NCBI GenBank assembly: GCA_048772705.1
Contig: JBLWGC010000169.1
Span: forward strand, 124,001-188,000
Reading direction: 5' to 3'
DNA length: 64,000 nucleotides
Source: Leidyana gryllorum EB-2025a
Lineage: Eukaryota > Protista > Apicomplexa
Numbering within the stretch: position 1 is the first letter of the stretch; every line of letters begins with the position of its first letter. The position numbers and the translations under genes were made by a program. A model generated the notes under the pieces. The model did no database searches, had not been told where the DNA came from, and saw only the letters and a list, made by a program, of their open reading frames with translations. Positions 1-12,959 of the stretch are shown here, in pieces.

Positions 1-1153
1 ACCAACTTGCAGCCGATCTCTCTTCCAAGGGATCTTCCCACGCCGGATCACTCTTACGTCTCCGGAGGTCCTCGAATTGCTGGTGATAGCTGAAAGGAGT
101 GGCTGGGGTCGACGACGAAGTGGGCGGAGGAGGCGGATAGCACCTCGCCGGGGGCGGCGGCGGCAGAGACAACCGTTCCGGTGTGACGGTCTCCCAATAA
201 GTGGCTTCCCGCTCAGCGCTGTTCATCGACGCAGATCGAGTCGGCAGCAGAGACGACGGCTCGTCGGGCGGCCACTGCTCCTCCTCCACGGCCACTCGAG
301 CCAAACTTTCTTCTTCGCCCTCCCTTATGAGGGGTTCCGCTGCAGCCGGTCCGGGCGGCGGCGATGTGACTTGTTGGACATCGGCTCCGGCGGGTGCCGC
401 AGCGTCATTATTCTGGGCGGAGAGGATCATCGAAAGGACGCCGAGCGGAGTCGGGGGGGCGGTGGCTAAAGGTGAGTTACCATAAGTGCCGTCTCCGGTA
501 TTTGGCGACGGGGGCGGAGAGGAGTCTTTCTCAGCCGTCTGTTGTTGTTGACTTAATTTAATCATTGAATGTGGACCGCCGGGCGAAAGGAGGCTCGGAG
601 GAGGCGTTCCAAATTCAGCCGTCTCCTGGCCGTCTCGGTCGAGGAAGGAGTCCGAGCGCTTTCTCTTGGCAGAGATAGGCTTGGCGTCTTTCGACAGCGG
701 CGTCTCCGTCTCGTCGTCGGGCGAGCTGCCGATGCTAACGCACATTTCGTCATCGTCAGCCAGCGGCGTTGGGGTCGTCGGCAAACGACCGTTCGTTGAT
801 AAAGAAGAAGATTCGTTGTCCTCGACGAGCAGCTTTGGCCTCGTTGGAGGAGCCCGCGGGCTCATCAGAGCGTCTCCATCGGCGTTAACTTCATCTATCC
901 ATACTTCCAGTTGGGGCGATGGGCTGCTGGGAGTCTCCTGCAGGGGCATTTGGATCGCGCCCCACTTTCCCAGTTTAAAAAGTGGGCGACCGCGGTAATT
1001 GCCACTCCGGCATTTACGCCTTTTAATCTTCCCGATTGGCTCCGGAATAGCCGTCAGCCGACGCCATTGAGCTATGCGTCTCTTTTTACGCCTCAGCGAT
1101 AATGCAGCCTCTCTTTGTTGGTGCTTCCATCCACCCGATTCCGTACTGGTCAT
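1..1153 (-). CDS. Pro/Ser/Glu-rich disordered hypothetical protein (runs off window start)
   Basis: Manual translation from the ATG at 1153 (MTSTESGGWKHQQREAALSLRRKKRR...) stays open to base 1 (~384 codons). It is absent from the ORF track because no stop falls in the window. Confidence 0.6.
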   Translation of the reverse strand, partial: MTSTESGGWKHQQREAALSLRRKKRRIAQWRRLTAIPEPIGKIKRRKCRSGNYRGRPLFKLGKWGAIQMPLQETPSSPSPQLEVWIDEVNADGDALMSPRAPPTRPKLLVEDNESSSLSTNGRLPTTPTPLADDDEMCVSIGSSPDDETETPLSKDAKPISAKRKRSDSFLDRDGQETAEFGTPPPSLLSPGGPHSMIKLSQQQQTAEKDSSPPPSPNTGDGTYGNSPLATAPPTPLGVLSMILSAQNNDAAAPAGADVQQVTSPPPGPAAAEPLIREGEEESLARVAVEEEQWPPDEPSSLLPTRSASMNSAEREATYWETVTPERLSLPPPPPARCYPPPPPTSSSTPATPFSYHQQFEDLRRRKSDPAWEDPLEERSAASW

Positions 1154-1326
1154 TGAGAAAAATCAGTTTCAACACACTATTGTACCCCGCCTCCACGAAC
1201 TGACTGAATGACAGACTGCGAGACAGCGCCAGAGGCCAAAGCCGCGACAGACAGACAGACGGAGGAGGGACCTATTCACCACAATAATCATGCACAACCA
1301 GTTGTGCACTCCCACAACTATCAAAA

Positions 1327-3756
1327 CTAGGCGCACACGCCACTAAGTGCCCGTGATAACTCCTTCAGATCCTCCCCGCTCAAATGCTTCATTGCGTCAC
1401 TTTCTCGAGCCATCCGGGACGACAGAAATATCTCCACCGGTGCCCCGCCGTACCGCCTCTCAACCTCTCTCAACTCATCCATACCCCACTCAACCTCATC
1501 TCCTGCCGCCGACAGGCTGAACAAATCACCAGTCGTCCCGAATCCTGCCGCAGCGATCACTCCTGTTGACCGAGCAATCCAAGATATTTGACCTGGAAAC
1601 TTCTCCGTCGAACCAGACGGGCTACGCTGCTCCTTGACTCCTTCACCACCACTGACCGACGACGGATTGCCGGCGTTCTTGTTAGCTCCGTTGCCGCTTT
1701 CACCTCCCTCCGCACCATTTGAACAGGAAGCCGGGCTACCACCCGATGATGCACACGTAGTAGAGTCCTTCGAAACACGCTCCACAAACACGTGCCTTCC
1801 TCCGTGTCTACGTGGAAACAAACCATATGGACCCATCACTATTAACAAACAACCAAAGAATATACCACGCCAATCAACACAAGTAACAGCCGATCATACA
1901 CTCACAACACGATCCGATCCCAGATCGTTGTGATATCGACAACGTGACCATCTGGCACGCGCCCAAAATTACTGACGCCAAACTGGACCCCATTTGCGAC
2001 CTTCCGTTACTTCAATTTGACCCACACCCGCACTAAGACCACTCAAATGCAGATATTCATCCAATGCATTCAACCCGTGTCTCCAACATACAAACACGCA
2101 AACATATGTTTCAGCTCGCACACCCCAGCCCTACCTGATTAATTGGCAAATGTCCGAGCACTTTTCCACCAATAAGTTTGAGAGTTTGGTATAACCCAGC
2201 ACCCACGGCACCACAGTCTTCCCAAGCCTGACGGCGGGGGCAAACCATTGATCGATCAGACCACCAATCCAATTACTTACCGCGCCTGCAACATAACGCG
2301 CAACTGTGACAGAAGTATCAGTTGCTGAGTATCGGAGTCCAGTAACTCGCGCAAGGTTGCTCGCAACTCCTCCAAGGTGCAATGGTCTGCTACATCGAAA
2401 CCCGGACGGCCTCCAGTACTGAGAAATAGTGGTGGTTTCCAAGGCACATCCAATATCATCGCACCTGGTTACTTCGCTCCTGTCGAAACTCGTCGAGGGA
2501 GCAGTTGTGGAGTCAGCAATGGACACGGCATCCGGGGCTGAGTAATTAGCCGTCTTAATATTTCCTTTTAACCCAGGAGACGATACACAGGACGCGTGTC
2601 GCGCAGTAGAAATTGTGTTTATTGTTGTTGGTGGGGGGAGTAATTCAGCATCAATCACGGCGCTATTCAATCTGTAATAGCGCATCGAAGCAATCGTGTA
2701 TGATGTCCACGAGGGTTGAATTGTGCTAGCCTCGTAGCATAACAAACCTGTATGTATTCATAATAGGGGTAGTGGCCGGAGGGTTTCTCACCCTCTTGAA
2801 TGGCTAGCTGTACCATGTGTGCAATTTCGCCTAGTCGAAGAGCTTTAATAGACTCTGGCCCGTTCTCCTTGAGAGCCTTGGCCAGAGCATACCGAGTTTG
2901 CTTGAAGATCTGGCCATCAAAGTGGGTCTGCAAGTTGGCCGCGCGGGTACAGTTGCGGAAAAAACCCAGCAGATCCAGCCACAATTGGGGCGAATAAGGG
3001 TTTGCGGGATCTTTTGGATTAACCCACCCCAGGAACCAATCTACGTAGCAGAATCACAATGTGCACATTGCTATCTTGGTGCGCACGCACGCACAAGTGG
3101 AGTCGCACAATCGATATGGTTGCGCAAAATAGCTCCGATGCACACAACAATAGCCCCGATGCACACAGCAATAGCCCCGATGCCACAATCACAGCTTGCA
3201 TACATCGAAGCGTACAGCTCAAACAATGCACTATTGCTCGCTAGTAGATAGCGATTTTTACCTGGCTCATTTCGTAAAAGCACTACAGTTTCGACGGTAG
3301 CGAACGATCTGGTTCGCAGGCCGTCGGGCGGGCGTAGCGCGGAACCACGATTGCGAGATTTTGGCGATTTAGTAGCGAGATGCGCTTGAAAGACGGCCGT
3401 AGTAGGTGGCAAAGGCGTACCCGAAACTCGAACTTCATACCAAGTTTGTTGTGCGAGATAGTATGCCAAGAAATTCCGTTCCACCTCAGCCGAACATCTG
3501 TGTTCTGTCACGCCAAGGAGAGATAGCCCACGATCTCTGTCCGTCACTTACCCTTCAACTTGTAATGTATTTCGGAGAAGGTCGGTTTGACGCCTTCTTG
3601 ATACAAAGTGAGCAGAACCAGATACAGCAGGATCGCATCCTCATCAGTGAGTGCAGGCAGTCCCGCTGAGCCCAAGAGCAGATTCGCATCTTCAGCTGCT
3701 TGGGGATGTGTTACACCAAGACTAATGGCGCCATTGACTCTCTTCGATGCACTCAT
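1327..3756 (-). CDS. OST-HTH/LOTUS plus OHA (OST-HTH-associated) domain RNA-binding protein, multi-exon
   Basis: Exons encode an OHA-like segment (TRYALAKALKENGPESIKALRLGEIAHMVQLAIQEG-LLCYE) and a LOTUS-like segment (VLGYTKLSNLLVEKCSDICQL). ORF fragments are joined by GT-AG introns. Confidence 0.7.
3130..3183. repeat. 21-bp minisatellite, ~2.6 copies, intronic
   Basis: tagctccgatgcacacaacaa / tagccccgatgcacacagcaa / tagccccgatgc. Confidence 0.9.
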
Positions 3757-3782
3757 GTACCAAAGGTAAATATTTTTAGTGA

Positions 3783-5655
3783 ATGGTTCCTTTATGGGGT
3801 GCGGTGCTTATCCTTGTCTTGGCCCTGTTGGCCTTTATTGGGGTAGTGCTGCTGACAGGGCACTGGACTAAGCAGCAGGTAGACAAGTCTCCCAAATTCC
3901 AAACAAATACTCCATCTTCAGGCTCTCCATCCTAATACCAATTTGGTTTCTGCCTACCGTTCTCAGCCATGGTGGTCCCTTGGCTGTAGTTTCTTTGCAG
4001 CTGCCTTTGGCTGTTCTGCCATGGCAGCCAACCCCGAAGCCGGCGCCACAGGAAGTTGGATCTCCGTTATCTGTTATGGATTCGCCAATGCGGCCCCTTA
4101 TTGGATATTGATCACCATCGGTCCGAAACTTCAATCCTTTCTCAAGATGGAAGGATTCACTATTGCAGACTTTGTCTTCAAGCGATTTGGACGAGCTATG
4201 CACATCGTCACCAGTCTGTTATCACTCTTCTTCCTCTTCATCTGGCTGAGTGCTGAGCTCAGCAGTGCTGGAGCAGCTTTCAATATCCTCTCTCCAAGTA
4301 TGAGAGTTTGGGTTGCTCCACTTGCCATCTGTTTGGGCACGGGCGTGTACGCCTTGACAGCTGGTTTCCGCGCATCTATCTTCACGGACCGCATTCAAGC
4401 GGCTCTGGCAGTCACTCTGCTCCTAACCATTGTAATTGGTCTCATGGTAAGTGCGTCAGCAAACTGCGTGCGCGGCGTGTCTCGATCCCGCACACGTGCG
4501 AAAACGAGTTTAACCGCCGCCAGCCTATGTCCTCGGGCGCTCCACCTTCCAATTCATTCCCCATTGCTATCAGGTGAACGTTGACTTGGACTATGAGGCT
4601 TGGAAACGTGCCAGTTCCGTCGATGCAAACGACTGGATTGGCGGGCTGGTATTAATCTTATCGACCACTACCAATCAATTCCTGGATATTGGTAGTTGGC
4701 AGCGGGTGTTTGCTTCCGAAACTCCTCGTGACGCCAAATTGGGCCTTTTGAGCGCCGGGATAGTGAACTTTGTGTGTCAGAGCACAATGGCGTCACTTGG
4801 CATTGTTGCCATGGCGGCCCACTATTCTGGTTTGCTTCAGATCCCAGAAGGCGAGGAGTACAACTCGTTTTTCCAACTGTTGGACATTTGTCCAGTCGGC
4901 TTTTCGGTCATTGCACTTCTGATGGTGGTGGTGCTGGCGGCCTCCACTGTTGATTCGCTCCAGAATGCTTTGGCCGCGGCGTTCGCGGCTGACTTGGTGC
5001 GATCCAAGATTACGCTGCAGTGGGCCCGTTGCGTGGCACTGTTGGTAAGTGATGAGCCGATTGCCTTTCTTCTCGGAAACCTTTGTGTCAGCTGATTGTT
5101 CCGGCGCTATTCCTGTCGATGGCTAACATGTCGGTCATCAGTTTGTTCTTACTGTCTAATATATTCTCTCTGGCCGTTATACCGCCAATCTTTTTGGGTT
5201 TGACAGCCCGTTACGCCACTCCTCTGAGCGCGTTACTCGGATTTGTGAGCGGAGCGCTCTCAATCTTTGTCATCGGCTGGTCGTACACTGGCAGCTTCGT
5301 CGGTGAGTGATTTGCAGTTTCATGTGCCTTTGACTGACCACTCATCATCATTGAACAGGAGGCTTGAAATGGCCAATGTTCCCTGAAGGATTCGGCCATT
5401 GGAGTACTTTGATGACGTTCCTGATTGTTCCAGCAGTGGCATCGGTATGTTTATTGCTTAGTTGGCGGGTCAAAAGTTGATTTTCAGTCAGTAACTGTGG
5501 GAGTGGCGATATGGCAGGTGAAACAGAACCCGATGCTGTCTGAGGTCCAGGCTAGTCTTTTGGAGGATCTGAATAACTATAAAGAAAAGACGACGAATTT
5601 CGCGCAGTCGGAGATCGATGAGGTTGTGCACAAATCTAGTTTCATTGACCTTTAG
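3783..5655 (+). CDS. Sodium:solute symporter (SSS/SLC5, PutP/DUR3-like), multi-exon
   Basis: Many hydrophobic helices with SSS motifs TIADFVFKRFG, YALTAGFRASIFTDRIQ, SWQRVFAS and LAASTVDSLQNAL. First intron is gtagac..cttcag (~3879-3921). Confidence 0.85.
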
Positions 5656-7389
5656 TGCAGCGCTGAATGCAGCTACGAATGTGCGATTATCTCTTCCTGC
5701 TCCCCGTGTTCGGCCTTGTCCCCTACAATCTGCTCCTATCCGTTACCTGAACCTAGCAGATCAGATCGAACGACGTGTACAAACCGAATTCCACCTCCAA
5801 GGATGTGCCCCCGGACAAGTCAGACGGGTCGAGGCTATCCTCGGGCGTGATTTTGAGCAAGTCCATCGCTTTGTTAGTCTCGGGGTGTTGCAGAACAACT
5901 CCGTCGCGGCAATCAACCCTCGTGTACAAGTTGATCTGAATGATCAAAGTGCAGTCGAGATGGCTCGTTTTAAAGAGCACGCTCGATTGCACATAGCCGG
6001 AGTCGGAGAAGCCGCGCTGACGTTTGGTAACGCTCGGGCCGTGGCACAAATGTTCGGAGAAGGAGCCGATCTGGGACTCGTAATCGAAGACGACTCAGTC
6101 TTCTACATCACTGACCTACACCAATCCGTGCGACTCGAACAACTACTCAACTATCAAATAGACGAAGAATGGGAAGTCATACAATTATTCGGGACTGAGA
6201 TGCCCGAAACCTGGGCCCAGGAAGTACAGGACAAACGATACCCACTGTACACTGACAAAGTATTCTATAAAGGCAGCATCTCTGGAACACCCTCGATCGT
6301 ATTCAATCGCCAGGGAATGATCAAATTCCTAGATGCAATCGCCATTGTCGACCCGAGGTTTCTACAGTCACCCGATGATATCAGACCCACTTCCCAAGTC
6401 ATCGAACAGATATCGAGGGATAGACCCAATGAACTCAATGATCTCGTCATGTCTCTACGCTTCAAATGCCCCAATAGAGTACGATGCGTCGCTGATTGGA
6501 TCATAAAGGCAATGGATCTCAAACGAACGTTTGTGCCATTCGCATCCGTCAGATTCATGGAGGGATCCACCAAAGTCAGAGATGAAGACAACACAAATTC
6601 TAGCACAGACAAACCAGAAGTCTCACACAAGTGGCTCATTCACCACAGACTCGCCGCCAAAAATGTCAATCTTGCACTTCTGCACCTCGAAACCTCACAT
6701 TATTTCAACATTATGAAAGAGTACATCATCGAACTAATGGATCAAACACGCGTGATGATCACATGGGATGTGGAAGAAGCATCGGAAGTGTATGGAGCCA
6801 AATATCTCGACTTTGATCCTCTTGTCGCTGCACAAAAACGCACTTATGGGAACAATACAGCTGAACTCAGCCAACCGCCGGATCAAAACGTCAACGCCGA
6901 AATCCAACAACAGCAACAAGCTCCCGAACTGGCCGCAGCATTAGCTGCTGAAAACATGCCGGCTGTGGCGGAGAACAACGGGATTGATTTTCAGCTCTTG
7001 GCTGAAAACCGGATCCTCGTGACATCTTCGACCTCCTTGACTCCCCCTGCTTCAATCACACCCACAACAAAGCTCTCGAGTTCGATCCTGTCGTCTGGGG
7101 CTGCTGCCTGGGCCGCAGAGCAACCCATTGTCGCTCGCCAAATGCAGCTGGAGGGAACACCAAAGTAGGCCTTTCCCGTTTGAACAGGACATGCCAACTG
7201 GACGACTTCCTCCTTGGCGAACGATACATGGGATCGTTCCCGCTCAATCACGTTTCACGTCCTGCGATCTCCACCTATCTCGATCCGTTGTGTTCCTCGA
7301 CTGACGAACTCCATCGTCCGCCAATCCGCCTGGCGTTCTCCTACTATAATGCCGAGATAATCTCCGGGGAGAAATTCATTGACCAATAA
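5618..7389 (+). CDS. Glycosyltransferase family 25-like protein
   Basis: 516-aa ORF (5618-7168) with GT25-type motifs YLNLADQIERR, RRVEAILG, GEAALTFGN and LVIEDD. A possible 23-nt intron (7165-7187) adds an in-frame last exon ending at 7389. Confidence 0.6.
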
Positions 7390-7529
7390 TCGGGCAGCTA
7401 AATCAAAGGCAAACGCTGACTCTCTCCAAGTCGTCACCGAGAGTGTGAAGACGGCGCCGTTTTCGGGACATTTGATTGATTGATGCTCCCCCCTGACCAA
7501 CTTCATCTTCTCGGCTCTCTCGAGAATCT

Positions 7530-10267
7530 TTAATGGTGGTGGTGGTCGTCGCCGCCGCCCTCCATGGTATGCACAGCTGCAGAGTCCCAATGCTGCATTT
7601 TTGTCAACATAGTTAGCATGTTGGTCCGCCGTCCACTCACTTTCAAAATCCACATTGTGAACCTATCTTTCCCACACGTCAACCCACTTCCTCCCGCCAT
7701 TTCCTCCAGAATGTCGCGAATCTCGTCTTCACTCACGTCCATCCCTATCAGGCGGCTGCGGAGATCGTCTTCTGTTATCTCTCTGAGAAGCAAGGATTTG
7801 GACGGCCCCTACAGGCTGAAGACAAGCACTCACCCATCGTGATCGATGTCCAATTCGTCGAACGCCGCCTCGGCAGTATTTGTCTTCTGTCCGCCACCCG
7901 TGGGCTGAGCAATAAGGGTGCAGTTGAGCAATCTATCACGGAAGGCGGCCTGATCGAAGAAGCATGTGAGATGCAGGGGCAGAACACTGAGCAAATGGCA
8001 CAAAGGAAGAGGAGGCGAGCTCGACGACTCGCTCCAGTAGTGGAATAGTGCCTTTGTTCCGCGCATCAGAGACCAATCCCACTCACCGCGTTTATGACTG
8101 GCTCATCGTGAGCGATTATTTCAAGGGGTATCTGAAAGGCCTCAACAGCTTCTTGGCGTGTCGACTCGTCGGCTAAGAGGTCGCCCAGTTCCATTATGTC
8201 CCTATCCGATGATCTGTGATCAATATATTTTCAAGTACGTACGATGTGGTCTTCATGGGAAGTGCCTCGCTCAATGTTTGAAGGACAGCGGGGGGAACGC
8301 CTCCACTGAGATCCACCGACATTGAAGTCGGCTTGAAGCGTCCCAATAACGCCTTCAGGATAACATCGCGCCTATTATTAGTGATAAGATGACTGTTTTT
8401 CAGTATCAGTCGGTCGAGGTGTACTCACCGACGTTCCAAGTGTTGTTCCGCTCGGCTATCTTGTTGCTCGACCATATCTCTATCGACCAACAACTCCACC
8501 GAGGTCAACTGCGGACACCCGTGATATTTATGATAGTATGATAGGCTCACGATGGTATACTCGTTGAGCATCGCCGGCCATAATTTGAATAAACTGAGGC
8601 ACAGGATGATGCACGAGCAGATGCCCAGAGCTGCCCAGCGTCTTGGAAGAAGACGCCATACCAAAATGGTAAATGACAGATCTAACGCGACCACAAACAA
8701 AACGATCTGTCGGTGTCATGTTAATCGCTGGAGGGAGAAATGATGGTGACGTTCACTTACGTGAAGAAGACTGAGAAATTGAAAGACACGAGGACAGAAG
8801 TAAACTCCTCGGGGGCCGAACGGGAGCATAGCTTCCTGTACACTATGTATAGTTCATTTCAAGAATCTGGCATTCCATTAGGATCTCACTTGCAGATCTG
8901 ACATCCTTCGAAAATTCTCTGCCACCACGACCTGCTTTGAATCATTTCTTTCTCCTCTGCGTTCGATGATAATGAGACTTGGGAGTCTCCGTGAATTGCT
9001 CAACCAACCTATTTCTATAGTATTGACAACTGTTGACCCAAAGACATCCAAGCTGGGACTCTGAATCACGCCGTCCCGAACAGCGGTCAGCGCAGGGTGG
9101 AGCTTTGTGACGCCGACGCAGAACCAGCGGTACAGTATGAGGGAAAGAACCGCGACGAAAGTGCTGCTGATCAGTATCATGAAGAGCTGCATGATCATTG
9201 GAACTTCCATAACCGGTTTGATCAACAGCAATAATGCCAGTAAGCCAATCCATGTGGGTACAGAAATGCGAACCAGCTGAGTGTATGCGATGAGGAGATG
9301 CAGTTGTGTGTGGCGTGATAATTATACCTTGCTAACAAGTTGAATCTGCCGATCTGACATATACTCCGCGAAGTCGAATGCATGGGGCACTTTGGATCGG
9401 GCCCCGAATACCGTGCGACCCCGGTTGAGGAATCGCCACCTCTATGGGTTAGCAGCAGCAAGTGTCAGGAAGCATGTTTCAGCTCACCAGAATCCAGTCC
9501 CGGCACAGGTTGGAGTCCCAGTCTGGTCGCTCCAGCAGAGTTTTTAGGTCTTCAAAGGGCTGGGGAAAGGATCATCTCTCAGGGTGCTGATCAGTCGGAG
9601 GCTCACTATGTTCTGACTGCGCTTCCAACGCTGGCGGACACTACGAGCGTGCAGAACGGCAATGAAGCCAACCACAAGATAGATGACCATGATCAGAAAG
9701 GTTATCAGTTGAATATGTTCAAGGATTTCGGCAAGTTCCGTGGGCGCAAAGTAGACAGACTCGCCCTCGTGGGCCAATTCCGCTTTGCCTATGGCCTCCA
9801 CTTCACCTTCTCCGAGGAATTGGTCATTAATCCATTGAATCAAACCAATGTAAATGAAGACAAATAGCGATAAGCCAATAAACCCAAGGACTGTCAGTGT
9901 GCGTAGCACACCATTGAACTGAATTTGGTGTGATATCCAGTGCTCAAGTCCCGCATCCCAACTCAACACGAACGTGTGTGCTGGGTGTGAGCTCGAGGAT
10001 TGGCACTCACCACTTCCAGAAAAACAGGGCCCATGTGGTGGAGCTTGTGATGGACAGCCTATGGAACGATCTGGGAATGGTGGTTTGGTATGTGACCTAC
10101 ATGCTCTAAGAACTCAAAAATCAAAGTCAAGATAGTGATGGCTGCCATTGTGCCTAGCTGTGACGTGTGAGGGATAACTGAGGTCATTAGAGGCTGTGAC
10201 ATACGATGGCATTGGCTTTAAGTTGTTGATGATGTTCATATTCGTGATCGGCATGAGCGTCCGCCAT
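7530..10267 (-). CDS. MLO-family multi-pass membrane protein with C-terminal EF-hand region, multi-exon
   Basis: Spliced product reads MADAHADHEY..AITILTLIFEFLEHAVHHKLHH..FNGVLRTLTVLGFIGLSLF..LEHIQLITFLIMV..FDFAEYMSDRQ..VRISVPTWIGLL, matching MLO motifs in order. The C-terminus has AFDELDIDHDG|EITEDDL, an EF-hand loop spanning an intron. Confidence 0.75.
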
Positions 10268-10572
10268 AGCGCACGTGTGTGCTGCGGTTATTTGGGCGTG
10301 ATTTTACGTTTGTGGACGTGATTACGGGCATTCGAATGGGATCGCAACTACGATTTCCGATTATATCAGCTTTATAAAGCAGTTTGTGATCACTTCGTGT
10401 ATGTCAATGATAATTTGCTATGAATTTTGTATAATTCGCTCCAGGTGGCAATTTTAGCTCTTCAGGCTCTGACAATGGGCAAGTAGCTGTAGCAACCACT
10501 GCTAATCGTATAGTAGGTTTTGAGCGGTTGAGGGGGAGGAGGGGCAGCCTTGGCAACCGCAGGATCCACACG

Positions 10573-12952
10573 ATGTTGCTTGACTCGGCAAAGAGGCTCG
10601 TCAGAGCGTCGCTTCAGACCTGGCATGGTATAAAGGGCAATAAACAAAATTTGCACTCGGTTACGCGAATGTCAACAAGAGCAGTATGTATAGTGACAGA
10701 CACGAAGGCCGACATAGAGTTACTTCACCACAGCTCTTCAGCGTTAGTACAACCGCGATTAGACCAATCTGTGTCTAAATTACATAATCGGTTACTGACT
10801 AAGTTGAAAGCCAACGCCGACCAATCGTCACAGCAAAAGAAGGCGAAAAAGGATGCCAATTTCGACTCTCCGAATAGTAACCCTGTGGCGGTCAGATGGC
10901 AACGGAAAGACGGTACAGTGGTCCCAGAGACCGTTTACGAGCAATACACCCTGGGAGAAGCGCTGCGGGAGTGCGACCGAATCCTCGTAGACGATTGTTC
11001 ACATGAATTACTGATAAATCCTTCTTTACCACCTGTGTCGCTCATGCAAGCTGCCCAAGCGCCTATTCTTGGGTACGTTGCTTGAGATCACACGCTCGTC
11101 AGTCTTTCCCCTCCTCTTCGCAGTACCCCCATAATAATTCCACTCAAACAGTATCCTGTTGGAGTGAGTTGGTATGCGTGTGAGCCCGACCAAGTACCTC
11201 GGGCTCCTGAAAAGAAGCGTCACAAGGCCCTTCCTAAGTCCCCAGTTGTGTTGCCGTCAGGGGCGCTGTCAGGGGATGACGTCGCCCATATCACCCAAAA
11301 GGGATTCTCGCTGTCCAACACCGATCCCGCTAAATACGGGCAGCTCTGCGGAGACCAGTTTCACTTTAAAGTCGAGCCTACATCCCTCATGGGCAAACTG
11401 TTGATTGTCAAAGGTGCGCGGTGTAACGTGAGAGCACTTCCTTCTCTATAATCTGATTGCAGTGTATCTGTTGGAGTGCCCCGAGTACTTTGCACTCATC
11501 TGTTTCCCACATCCCGTGGCCTCATCTCCGCAAAAGCTCGAGTGGCACAGTCGACGGTTGCGGACCCTTCCTCCTCCTCCCGATTTCTCGAATGAGCGGC
11601 GTTTCCGAGTCGCTAGTTGGAATCTACTCGCACCCGTATACACCAATTCTGACTATGCGCAGAATATGCTGTTTCCTTTCTGTCCACCGGAATATCTCGG
11701 GTTCCTTTACCGCAAGAGTCTGGAGGCCCGTGAATTCGATGACATTTCTGCAGACATATGGTTCCTTCAAGAGTGGTAGGCTGTTGACTGACAACAATTC
11801 ACTTTGTCACCCATCCACCCATCCGCAGTGGAAAAGAAGTGTTTGAAGACCTGTTACAGCCATACTTTGACAGCGAAGGCTTCGATGCTCGGTTCGCCCA
11901 GAAAAAGTCCAAAGCTGGCGAAGGCGTCACGGTCGCCTGGAAAAGATCAAAGTGGAAACATGTGTCAGATCACATTGTCAGTTTCTGCGAGGCTCTGGTG
12001 AGGAATGCAGTGTTCATCCCTCGTTTCAATAGGCTATTCCACAGCAACATCCAGAACTAAGTCAGTTACGGGATCAGTTGGAGTGCGATTGGCCCGGAGT
12101 ACTGGACACGGTGCTTCAACGTATGACCGCAATTTATCTTTTTGTGGTCGTGGAGTACGCCAATGATCCAAGTCGGGCCGCAATTTTGGCCAATACTCAC
12201 TTTTACTATCACCCATATGCTTCAGTAAGAACTTTGTGATCCCTGATCGGTGTGGTGTGGTGCAGAGTGCGCCCTGTGTTTGTGCACTGGCCGAGTGCAT
12301 ATTATATTGAGCACTGTGCAAATGGCGTTTGCAGCACATTCGCGCTTTGCAAGCGTATGTAATGTTGGACCAGTTGGCGAGGCTGAAGGGGACGTTGAGT
12401 TTGTCGGGGTCGAAGTATTCGCAGGTGGACATTTTGTTGGCGGGTGATTTGAATGCAGATGGCGGGACTGCTGCGATTGATCTGATTAGTCACGGGCAGG
12501 TTGGGTCTGATCACGAATCTTGGGGTCACGCGGCAATATTTGGGTTGGGCAAGGGTGTGCCAGAGAGGGATGTGGAAGGGCAGGCGGCTGCGGATGTGGA
12601 CGTGACGAGTCCGCCGTGTCTGAGTGAAGAAGCGTTGATTCAGCGTGCTGACTTTAGTCGGAGGGGGCCTGCCCTCGAGGCGCCATCGAGTGTTGGGGCT
12701 TTACGGAGCGTTGGGGAGGACACAGAGATCGCGTTTACGACTCATGTGGGGTTGTTCAGGGCTGTTTTGGACTGGATTTTTGTCAGTGATCGATTGTGCG
12801 TAAAGTATTGCATGGAGGGTCCGCGTGTGGAGGACATTACACACATCTCGGGAGTGACCCAGGGAGCAGATCGAGGTATTCTGGCGGGGCTGCCGAACGC
12901 AGCGTTCCCCTCTGATCACATTCCGGTTGTCGCAGATATCATATATAACTGA
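10573..12952 (+). CDS. PDE12: 2',5'-phosphodiesterase 12 / CCR4-like EEP nuclease, multi-exon
   Basis: FRVASWNLLAPVY, FPFCPPEYL, DIWFLQE, LANTHFYYHP, LAGDLN, LDWIF and LPNAAFPSDH motifs of the CCR4/PDE12 EEP family. Confidence 0.85.
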
Positions 12953-12959
12953 CTTTCAT

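Noticed and set aside
77-1102. Overlapping + strand Arg/Ser-rich ORFs (and similar antisense ORFs throughout)
   Set aside because: Shadow frames of GC-rich coding sequence on the opposite strand.
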